A stretch of 64,000 bases of DNA, from IMG/VR virus record IMGVR_UViG_3300023173_000014, positions 6,791 through 70,790 of that record; one strand, 5' to 3'. Source of the stretch: a virus (lineage: Duplodnaviria; Caudoviricetes). The notes under the pieces are model-generated. The model was not told where the DNA came from. It was given only the letters and a program-made list of their open reading frames with translations, and did not search any database. Shown in pieces: positions 7,638 through 14,879 of the stretch (within the stretch, counting starts at the first letter, position 1; each line of letters begins with the position of its first letter). Both the position numbers and the translations under genes were made by a program.

Positions 7638-7967
7638 TCACTTTCGAGCAGCGTTCCCTAAAAATCGGGAGTATCTTTTCAACATCTGCGTCTCGACTTC
7701 CTGGAACACTTTACCACCGACATGGGCTGCAAAAGCAACCGCAATAGGGAGAGTGAACCATTCTGGCGTCTCAGCAGGAAGAAAAGGGTATGCAGTGAAC
7801 ATCATGTAACCACACAGAATAGCGGTGAGAAACTCACTCACTACCCATAACAGTGAAGCCTGGTAACCGTTAGTTACCCGCCGTGCTATGGAAATGAAGC
7901 CACTGACCACACTTACAATGATCGCTCCTATTAGGCTTTGTACCTCTGAGAAATAATCATTTCCCAT
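7638..7967 (-). CDS. putative holin
   Basis: 109 aa, about 3 TM segments, basic C-terminus; holin-like pattern. Confidence 0.65.
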   Translation of the reverse strand: MGNDYFSEVQSLIGAIIVSVVSGFISIARRVTNGYQASLLWVVSEFLTAILCGYMMFTAYPFLPAETPEWFTLPIAVAFAAHVGGKVFQEVETQMLKRYSRFLGNAARK

Positions 7968-7973
7968 AATATG

Positions 7974-8018
7974 TCCCTCTACTTCAAAGTCGGAGGGATT
8001 GTAGCTTTACTGAATTTT
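7974..8018 (-). promoter_or_regulatory. putative late promoter plus SD-sequestering hairpin of the holin
   Basis: Minus strand AAAATTCAGTAAAGC-TACAAT-CCCTC...GAGGGA-CATATT-ATG. Confidence 0.55.
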
Positions 8019-8032
8019 GGGTTTCTCTTTAA

Positions 8033-8260
8033 TTACGTCAGCACGGAACGAGATGTTCCTTTGCTGAGGTTGTAAGAGATAAGGTCGTTTAATCTTCGTG
8101 CATAAGTCTTTGCCTCCTGCTCGTCTCTGACCTTGGTCTTTCGACCAGGCAGTAACCAAAATACCCCCTGCTCGTCCTGATCGGCTTTGATGTCAGCCAG
8201 TCCCACACGTATGTCGTTGGTTGCAGCTTCTTTAGCTTTGGAACGAAGAGATACACCCAT
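8033..8260 (-). CDS. small hypothetical protein
   Basis: Start reassigned to MGVSL (GGAG RBS); GVFWLLPG motif. Confidence 0.7.
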   Translation of the reverse strand: MGVSLRSKAKEAATNDIRVGLADIKADQDEQGVFWLLPGRKTKVRDEQEAKTYARRLNDLISYNLSKGTSRSVLT

Positions 8261-8347
8261 AAAAGTCTCCCGAGGGAAGTTAAAGTGAAAGAGGTTCGGC
8301 ATCAGGGCCTAATCTCGAACTGACTTGGGTGAAGGTCAGTCATTTGC

Positions 8348-8461
8348 TCAGCGAGTACGTTGAGACTCATTCACTTGGTTTGAGGCTGCACTCTCAGCCG
8401 GGAAGGAGAACCCTCCACTACTGAGTAAAAGCAACACTCCAATGGCTTTGAGTATGTGCAT
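8348..8461 (-). CDS. 37-aa peptide with signal-peptide-like N-terminus
   Basis: Hand-translated MHILKAIGVLLLLSSGGFSFPAESAASNQVNESQRTR; GGAGG RBS. Confidence 0.5.
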   Translation of the reverse strand: MHILKAIGVLLLLSSGGFSFPAESAASNQVNESQRTR

Positions 8462-8493
8462 AAGCACCTCCAAAGCAGTGCCCGGAAGGCACG

Positions 8494-8955
8494 TTATGCT
8501 CGTTTCTTCTGGGCTACGTGCAGCCCTGGGATCTTCTGCAGTAGTTCCACACCGGTCATATCGTCATGTTTGTAGTCATAAAACACGGCAGATAAACCAA
8601 GAGTGCAGATACGTTTAGCGCATTGGAGACAAGGTGCTCGGGTAACGAACAAGACTGCGCCTTCGGCAGGTACGCCTTGACGTGCCATCTTATCGAGAGC
8701 GTTCTGTTCGGCGTGCAGTACTTCAGGATTTGTCTTAGGACGGATACCGTCTGGATGGGCATCACAGCGAACGTAAGTGCTCTCACATTCATTAGGGAAG
8801 CCAGAAGGCATACCGTTCCACCCTACTGAGATCATGCCCGTCTTAGTTACAACAACAGCACCGACACGATGACGGGTTGCTACCGATTCACGGGCAGCGG
8901 CGTAGGCCATTTCCCAATACAGCGAGTGGTACTTTTCTTTTTGGGGATCAAGCAT
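8494..8955 (-). CDS. dCMP deaminase
   Basis: VGAVVV, GWNG.PSG, HAEQNA and PCxxC zinc motifs. Confidence 0.92.
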   Translation of the reverse strand: MLDPQKEKYHSLYWEMAYAAARESVATRHRVGAVVVTKTGMISVGWNGMPSGFPNECESTYVRCDAHPDGIRPKTNPEVLHAEQNALDKMARQGVPAEGAVLFVTRAPCLQCAKRICTLGLSAVFYDYKHDDMTGVELLQKIPGLHVAQKKRA

Positions 8956-9011
8956 TGAAGTCTCCTTTGCTTAATTCTCTATACACAAAGGAAAAAGAGA
9001 TTGTTGAAATT

Positions 9012-9203
9012 TTACTCAGTCCATTCGTAGTCGCAGGCGCGACACATGAACTCGTTGGTTAGGTCGGTTTCATCACGGTGGGTATGAAAACCTTCAGGCG
9101 CTACATCCTCACCTTCGCTGTCTACTGCTACAAAGAATGCGGCATATTTACGAGACAGTTGGTCCTGACATCCACACTTAGGACAGGAGTATCCAGTACT
9201 CAT
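9012..9203 (-). CDS. small zinc-ribbon protein
   Basis: CPKC ... CRAC. Confidence 0.7.
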   Translation of the reverse strand: MSTGYSCPKCGCQDQLSRKYAAFFVAVDSEGEDVAPEGFHTHRDETDLTNEFMCRACDYEWTE

Positions 9204-9439
9204 GCCGCAAGCAGTTCGCGTCTGAGACGATAAGAGATGGTGAAGCCAACAGCATCGGCTACTGCGAACAAGGTTCTTGCTTGAGGTGTTTCTACAGCAC
9301 CACGTAACCAGTTATTCAACGTGGCAGTAGTTACACCTGCGTAGTCGGCAACTTCCTGTTTGTCGTAAAGCTGGAGACGCTTTTTAACGTCTTCAAAGAG
9401 CTTACGTAGCTCTTTAGGAGTTTCTGTTGCAGGTGTCAT
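9200..9439 (-). CDS. XRE/Cro-family HTH protein
   Basis: QEVADYAGVTTATLNNWLRG helix-turn-helix. Confidence 0.8.
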   Translation of the reverse strand: MTPATETPKELRKLFEDVKKRLQLYDKQEVADYAGVTTATLNNWLRGAVETPQARTLFAVADAVGFTISYRLRRELLAA

Positions 9440-9789
9440 TTGAACATCCTCTCAGTGACAAGACCGAAATGTTTGAATTGTCCAGCCAAGGTGGAAACAA
9501 GCATCGTGGCTGGTGTGGTATCCCCTGTTTCAGGGTCGAAACCTGTAATAAGAACAGGACCCAAGACAGGTTCCAGGCCGTACCAGGAATAGACATTGAT
9601 AGGCGTACCTACCAAGTCATCAGGGGTACGTAACAGGATCTCGTCATCAGCCCATGCAGCGTGGTGTGCATCGGGATAACCCAGTCCTGTTACGGTGTTG
9701 GTTTGGCAGTGTTCCTGGATGGATGCGAGAGTATCTTCCCCCAAAGTAACGGCGGAGATGACCGCACCATTAATCAGTAGTGCTCTCAT
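9436..9789 (-). CDS. DUF3846-like protein
   Basis: Start reassigned to MRALLING; DDE...P.N...GPVLITG.D...G.T pattern. Confidence 0.55.
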   Translation of the reverse strand: MRALLINGAVISAVTLGEDTLASIQEHCQTNTVTGLGYPDAHHAAWADDEILLRTPDDLVGTPINVYSWYGLEPVLGPVLITGFDPETGDTTPATMLVSTLAGQFKHFGLVTERMFK

Positions 9790-10531
9790 GCGTACCCTCC
9801 AGTGCAGGGAGTAGACGGGCACTTGTGCCCAGGCTACGACCCAGGATGTTCTGAGTCATCTCGATAACCTTGTCACCGCCTGTAGTGTTCTTCAGTTCTT
9901 CAACGAGTAACGTGGCTTCCAGTTCTTCCATGTACTCATCGATGTTGTACAGGCGATCTTGTAACTCTGAGATTCGTTCTTCACATTTAAGTACGGCTCG
10001 ACGTAGGGCAAAACCTTTCTCGATCTTTTGGATTTGTTGTTCGGATAACTCAACAGCAACTGTACGTGCAGCGATATTGCTGGTGTCCCCGTCTTTAAGA
10101 CACACATAACAATCAATCCCTTCGATACGTACAGCAACATCGAATGTGTATCCAGGTTTGTGGAGGACTTCTGAGATACGTTCCAACTGAGGGGAGGCAA
10201 ACCAGCTACGTATTGTGTGTACGATTGAGTATTCCGAGAAGGTTAAGGAAACTTCTTCACGTTCTTCCAGATCGGAGAGTTCGCTCAAGGTTTTAAGTGC
10301 TAAATACACTTCGTCAGATTCGACTACCGTTACAGCATAATGACCAAGTTCTGACACCAAATTATCGATGAAAGGTGTTGTATAAGAACGTAACTCTTCC
10401 TTACGCTCTACCCACTCTTTCTCGGCATCTTCTTTAAGGGTTTTAAGCTCAGTCTTCATAGCTTGTTTGCCAATTTTCAGTGCGTGCTGGCGGTTGATGT
10501 CATTCTGGTTTGGTACGATTTCAGTGCTCAT
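9770..10531 (-). CDS. hypothetical coiled-coil protein
   Basis: 253-aa ORF coupled to its neighbours. Confidence 0.75.
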   Translation of the reverse strand: MSTEIVPNQNDINRQHALKIGKQAMKTELKTLKEDAEKEWVERKEELRSYTTPFIDNLVSELGHYAVTVVESDEVYLALKTLSELSDLEEREEVSLTFSEYSIVHTIRSWFASPQLERISEVLHKPGYTFDVAVRIEGIDCYVCLKDGDTSNIAARTVAVELSEQQIQKIEKGFALRRAVLKCEERISELQDRLYNIDEYMEELEATLLVEELKNTTGGDKVIEMTQNILGRSLGTSARLLPALEGTHESTTD

Positions 10532-11145
10532 GTTCGAGTTCCCTCGGTAAGTTCAACAGACCAGCCATAGTGGTTCTCGTTGATATTTAAAATGTATCGT
10601 CCTGCTGGTGGACGGGATTGAAGAAAAGCATCGACCTCTGTCTCTACGTTGTAGAACAGGTTGGATGCGTCAATTGGGTCGTGGAAACGTTTCTCAATTT
10701 TCAGGAAACCACGACAGAAGTGGGTTCGGATGCTTCGGAGAGACAGGAAATCAATCTCACCTTGTTCGCGCAGCTTCTCTGACACCTGTCCCCAAATCTC
10801 TGAGAGGTATTGAGGAACGCTCTTGAAGGGTTCAGGGTGAGGATCGTCCCAAGGTACTCCGTCGAACATCGCGAGAAGATCATTCACAACAAGCTGAGTA
10901 GGACAGGATTCAGCAAGCTGCCCTAAACCACGTACGAAGTACACTGCTCCGAGGGCTTCTACTTCATCCCACTTGGTACCAAACACCTTGAAACCGTTTA
11001 CATGTTCAATGACGTCGTGGGCTAACATTAAGCCGGTACGTGATGGTGTGACTTCCTTGTGATAGGCCTGCCGTAGCAAGCCTGAAGGTAATACGTGAGG
11101 AACTCCCTCGGGATAGGTAAGTTCCAAGGGAATTCGTCTTTTCAT
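10528..11145 (-). CDS. hypothetical protein
   Basis: Start reassigned to MKRRIP, since the upstream part overlaps the 67-aa gene. Confidence 0.7.
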   Translation of the reverse strand: MKRRIPLELTYPEGVPHVLPSGLLRQAYHKEVTPSRTGLMLAHDVIEHVNGFKVFGTKWDEVEALGAVYFVRGLGQLAESCPTQLVVNDLLAMFDGVPWDDPHPEPFKSVPQYLSEIWGQVSEKLREQGEIDFLSLRSIRTHFCRGFLKIEKRFHDPIDASNLFYNVETEVDAFLQSRPPAGRYILNINENHYGWSVELTEGTRT

Positions 11146-11152
11146 ATTTGGT

Positions 11153-11356
11153 TTACTTCTGAAAGGGTTTACGGCGCTTACCTGTACCCTTCCACTTCTC
11201 TTCTCTTGGAGGGGTGAGGGCACCGGCATAGTGATGCAGGAGAGATTGAGAGGTGACTTCTCGGTTCTCAACTAGAGCTATTCCAGGAGACTCTTTGAGG
11301 CTTTTCGCTATACATTCAGCGAGTGATCCTCTACCTATTACGGCTACTCGGGGCAT
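11153..11356 (-). CDS. small basic protein
   Basis: Fits the gap between neighbours; GAGG RBS; GKRRKPFQK tail. Confidence 0.65.
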   Translation of the reverse strand: MPRVAVIGRGSLAECIAKSLKESPGIALVENREVTSQSLLHHYAGALTPPREEKWKGTGKRRKPFQK

Positions 11357-12108
11357 TCGTTCACCTCCTTATGTATTTTGCAGGCTCTGTCCCAGCCCAC
11401 GTTAAAGTGACTCTTTATAGCGTTCTTACTGTTACGTAACTCTTCTCGGTGGATGAGTAACGCGGCAGCGGGTGTGTAGGAGTCCAGAGGCTCTACTTCC
11501 TCTTCAAGAGGAGCCTCGTCTTCTTCCGGGACTACCTTTCCCTCAGAAGGAATTGAGAGAGGTTCCTGCATGGTTGTCAGGAATAAGCATCGGATACTTA
11601 CAACATCGATCAGGACAGCTATAAGCAACATGAGTACTTGGTTAACCCAGTAACGTGCAGTATCTGCGTGTACGCCTGGATGCAACTCTATTGCCTCAAT
11701 TCGCTGCAAAGACTGTGCGGCCATCTGACGTTGGAGGTCTGCTTTCTCTTTGAAGTTGATCTTTTCGTATTCCTCAGCTTTCGTCAGTGCTAATTCCCTG
11801 TCTTCTTTCATGGCTTCCACCAGATAAGAGAGGTCAGGAGAGGTTTGCACGTCAAAAGCTGTATTCATGGCTTGCCAGGAACACCCAACAGAAACCATGA
11901 AGAGAATGGCAGGAAGTACCTTATCTCGGGAGAGAGTAAGAGAGTATCTTGCTACTTCAAGAGAGGTGCCAGCCATTGCCCCGGTGTACTGAACCAGGAC
12001 AGGATAAGCAGCCATAAGTTGAAACAGGTAGTAGGCAGTCGCTGCCGTAGAGAGTGAAGCTAAGAACAACCCTACCCAGAGGTTGATCCGCTGAGTGAGG
12101 TTTTGCAT
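11344..12108 (-). CDS. multi-TM membrane protein with coiled coil and a C-terminal FtsK-gamma-like winged helix
   Basis: 3-4 TM segments; C-terminal AIKSHFNVGWDRACKI. Confidence 0.6.
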   Translation of the reverse strand: MQNLTQRINLWVGLFLASLSTAATAYYLFQLMAAYPVLVQYTGAMAGTSLEVARYSLTLSRDKVLPAILFMVSVGCSWQAMNTAFDVQTSPDLSYLVEAMKEDRELALTKAEEYEKINFKEKADLQRQMAAQSLQRIEAIELHPGVHADTARYWVNQVLMLLIAVLIDVVSIRCLFLTTMQEPLSIPSEGKVVPEEDEAPLEEEVEPLDSYTPAAALLIHREELRNSKNAIKSHFNVGWDRACKIHKEVNECPE

Positions 12109-12117
12109 GTTGTTCCT

Positions 12118-12231
12118 TTAACTATCGTCAGAGCATGTGATGCACGTACGTGGGTACCCTACCGCAGGTCCGATGAGGACACCGCAACAGGAACAGAGAC
12201 TACCTTCAATGATTTGTTCAGCAATGCTCAT
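12118..12231 (-). CDS. 37-aa Cys-rich zinc-binding peptide
   Basis: Hand-translated MSIAEQIIEGSLCSCCGVLIGPAVGYPRTCITCSDDS; fills the gap exactly. Confidence 0.6.
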   Translation of the reverse strand: MSIAEQIIEGSLCSCCGVLIGPAVGYPRTCITCSDDS

Positions 12232-12234
12232 GGA

Positions 12235-13128
12235 TCACCCCATATCGATTGGATCACGCCATCCAAGGAACACAGGCAGGCGTGGACGGTCTTTACGGCC
12301 ATGCGGTTGATGTTTGAACTTCACCAACTTACCCAGGTACTTGTCCCGGTTGTGCCAGATATGTTCACGTTGTGCGATAGTGAAGCCGGTACCGATCTCA
12401 AAGGTGATGTCTGCACCAGGTTCACGGCATACCAGAGTACCCATCATGTTCATTGGTACTTTGCCTGCCTTCGAGGTTGAACGTTCGGTGTTACCCAAAG
12501 CATTCTTCTTGGCCTCATTGGCGTTGTGCAATTGCTCCACAAAACCAACAACTTCAGCTTCAGCATCTTCAAAGACTTTCAGTTTGAGAAGGATGCCTTG
12601 CTTGTCGGTACTGCGGCCGTACTTATACGGGCCGTTAGGATCACGTACCATGACGCCTTCGTAACCTTCAGCCAGCTTTTCCGCTTCGTACTCTGCTAAC
12701 TTTTCCGGGGAATGTACCAGAACCTGCTCAACCATAGTGAATGGTGCGCCATACGTAGCCGCCAGTGCATGAGCTTCGTGTGCGCGCTCACTGAAAGGTG
12801 CGTCAGGGTTATTGAAACAATCAAACACGTAGAAGTTTGCTTCTGCTGGTTTGTCGTGAGACATCACTTCGCTGACTGTTACGCTGTACGCATCGGGAGC
12901 AGTAGGTGAACCAACAATCAACTCACCATCCAGTCCGTTGAACTTAGGGTCTGACAGGTATTCCTGGAGTTTTTTGTTTGGGATTGGTTTGAGAGATCGG
13001 GCCAGAAGTTGACCATCTTTAATGATGGCGCGAATACCATCCAGCTTCGGTGAAGCAACTACCGGGTAGTTGAGTGCAGTAAGGTCAGTCACTTTCCCCG
13101 ACAGGAGAGGTTTGAATTTCTTGTTCAT
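12235..13128 (-). CDS. ATP-dependent DNA ligase
   Basis: KLDGIR adenylation motif, DGEL, EGVMVR, LLKLK, GTGF, PRLPVF. Confidence 0.95.
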   Translation of the reverse strand: MNKKFKPLLSGKVTDLTALNYPVVASPKLDGIRAIIKDGQLLARSLKPIPNKKLQEYLSDPKFNGLDGELIVGSPTAPDAYSVTVSEVMSHDKPAEANFYVFDCFNNPDAPFSERAHEAHALAATYGAPFTMVEQVLVHSPEKLAEYEAEKLAEGYEGVMVRDPNGPYKYGRSTDKQGILLKLKVFEDAEAEVVGFVEQLHNANEAKKNALGNTERSTSKAGKVPMNMMGTLVCREPGADITFEIGTGFTIAQREHIWHNRDKYLGKLVKFKHQPHGRKDRPRLPVFLGWRDPIDMG

Positions 13129-13510
13129 GTTGGAACTCTTTCAGTGCCTGTTTCCAGACGTGGTTGGCATCCAGGAGTGTGTAGTCCTGCATGGCGATAT
13201 GAGGTAAGCCAGGGAGTAATGCTTCAAAGGCTTTTTCGAGACGGTTGCCTGCATTGATGAGGGCTTGGTGATCTCGTTGGAAGTTCTTCAGGATTTCGTC
13301 ACGAATGTTGATGCTATCTTCAAGGCGTTCACTATAAATACAGATGCGTTGTTCGTGGCGACGTGTCCCTACAACCAGTTTGGACGTATCTACAGTATCA
13401 ATAGTGGCCGCAGGGAACATGAATTCTCTGTCATCCGGCGGGATATTAACCCCTTCAGTAAGGAGTAAATTACCGATCTTCGCTTTATTCATACGCTTCT
13501 GTTTCTCCAA
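13085..13510 (-). CDS. hypothetical protein
   Basis: ORF in a coupled gene run. Confidence 0.7.
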   Translation of the reverse strand: MEKQKRMNKAKIGNLLLTEGVNIPPDDREFMFPAATIDTVDTSKLVVGTRRHEQRICIYSERLEDSINIRDEILKNFQRDHQALINAGNRLEKAFEALLPGLPHIAMQDYTLLDANHVWKQALKEFQHEQEIQTSPVGESD

Positions 13511-13637
13511 TCCAGCAGTCTTCTCCCCGCTGGAGGTAATAGGTTAATCGGATTTGGGCTTCATCATAGGTGAGACCTTTTTCGAGAATCTGGTCGTCAT
13601 CAGTGACGATGCACCATTTATGGTTTCCGTCCTTCAT
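13485..13637 (-). CDS. 50-aa hypothetical protein
   Basis: Start reassigned to MKDGNHK (GGGAGG RBS). Confidence 0.6.
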   Translation of the reverse strand: MKDGNHKWCIVTDDDQILEKGLTYDEAQIRLTYYLQRGEDCWIGETEAYE

Positions 13638-13893
13638 ACATGACCTCCCAGGATGTGATTTTTTGATTGTAGAGGTACTCTTCGTGCTGTTCTTCTCTAC
13701 GTCCACAGTGTGGACAGCGTTTACGGTATGGGTTGCCTTTGTATGGCCACTCCATGATGTCGTGGCAGTTGTCGCAACGAAGACCGTACCGATCGGCCCG
13801 GTAAGCCAGATACAAGATAAGAAACACGCATACGACTTTGGCGAGGATTGTCGCTCCAAATAGCCCTGCTGCCATTAGTGCATCGTTTTCCAT
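13618..13893 (-). CDS. membrane-anchored zinc-finger protein
   Basis: Start MENDAL; TM segment followed by CxxC...CPHC. Confidence 0.65.
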   Translation of the reverse strand: MENDALMAAGLFGATILAKVVCVFLILYLAYRADRYGLRCDNCHDIMEWPYKGNPYRKRCPHCGRREEQHEEYLYNQKITSWEVMYEGRKP

Positions 13894-13894
13894 A

Positions 13895-14206
13895 TCACTG
13901 CACCGTTTTAGGTGTATGTCCGATAAAACCCACACCACAATCAGCACACGGCCAACCACCGGCATTCATACGAATACCACGCACCAGGAACATTGCTCCG
14001 GACTTGCTGCGGGCAGTCACTACGTAGAAATTCGATGCTTTGGCGTACTGGAATTTCCAGGTAAGAGGTTCTTCGATACCTTGCTCGCGGATGCGCTTTT
14101 TAGCATAACGAAAGAGACGCTCTTCCAGGTCTTTACCGTGGTCGTAATTGATGTGAGGTTTGAAATTGAGAGAGGACTGCTGTCCCCATGTTTGTTGTAA
14201 GGACAT
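13895..14206 (-). CDS. hypothetical protein
   Basis: GGAGG RBS; C-terminal CxxC. Confidence 0.7.
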   Translation of the reverse strand: MSLQQTWGQQSSLNFKPHINYDHGKDLEERLFRYAKKRIREQGIEEPLTWKFQYAKASNFYVVTARSKSGAMFLVRGIRMNAGGWPCADCGVGFIGHTPKTVQ

Positions 14207-14233
14207 ACAGCCTCCAGTGGTTAATGTACGTAG

Positions 14234-14250
14234 GGTGACCGGAGGTCACC
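14234..14250 (-). promoter_or_regulatory. C-GGA-G hairpin element (putative middle promoter)
   Basis: GGTGACC-GGA-GGTCACC; the same 16-mer occurs at 22806; GGTTAA lies 16 nt from the loop in both. Confidence 0.55.
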
Positions 14251-14257
14251 TGTACAC

Positions 14258-14407
14258 TTAGGGTTTGTTTTTACCTTTTGCGCGTGAAGCACTGAGTTTA
14301 CGTAGCTCAGCCAGAGCACGCTGATCACCAATATCGAAACAGTGATCAGCCCACTTCAGTTCTTCTGCCGTGAGGTTTTCGTACTCAGGAAGAGGTGTAG
14401 TCATCAT
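14258..14407 (-). CDS. small hypothetical protein
   Basis: Start reassigned to MMTTP (GAAGGTA RBS). Confidence 0.55.
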   Translation of the reverse strand: MMTTPLPEYENLTAEELKWADHCFDIGDQRALAELRKLSASRAKGKNKP

Positions 14408-14723
14408 TACCTTCTTCGATTTGACGAACGAGGGTTTCTGCACTGTCTTGCAGATCTTCCAGGTCCATACCTTCGTGCATCTCTACAAGGAAGAGTTGAC
14501 CATCGTCAGTACGGATTTCTAGAGAACCGTTGTCGAGTTCAACGGAAGTTACTTCAGCCGTGTGTGGCTCCTTATTGGTTAGTTGGTTGAGGGTTAAGCC
14601 GAGGGAGACGTAAACCATTAAAAAGGCAATACCTCCCAGCAACAGAAATTCGTTCTTGAGTGAAAAGACCGTAGCAACAACGCTTAGGAAGAAGAGGGTT
14701 GCGTAAATACATGTTTCCGTCAT
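14385..14723 (-). CDS. membrane protein (2 TM, acidic C-terminal domain)
   Basis: Hydrophobic N-terminal half; GAGGAGG RBS. Confidence 0.75.
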   Translation of the reverse strand: MTETCIYATLFFLSVVATVFSLKNEFLLLGGIAFLMVYVSLGLTLNQLTNKEPHTAEVTSVELDNGSLEIRTDDGQLFLVEMHEGMDLEDLQDSAETLVRQIEEGNDDYTSS

Positions 14724-14732
14724 ATAGCCTCC

Positions 14733-14879
14733 TCAGCAGTTAACAGGGTTGGCGATGATGTCAAAGATCCAAATGGCAGTGAGCAAAGCCCCTAAACCAT
14801 AGAGGCTCCCTTCATCTGCAAATAAGGAAGCAGCCGTGAGCACTACGAACATGATTATTAATGCTGTGAGTGAACTCAT
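14733..14879 (-). CDS. 48-aa two-TM peptide
   Basis: Hand-translated MSSLTALIIMFVVLTAASLFADEGSLYGLGALLTAIWIFDIIANPVNC; ATGA-coupled to the polymerase stop. Confidence 0.6.
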   Translation of the reverse strand: MSSLTALIIMFVVLTAASLFADEGSLYGLGALLTAIWIFDIIANPVNC

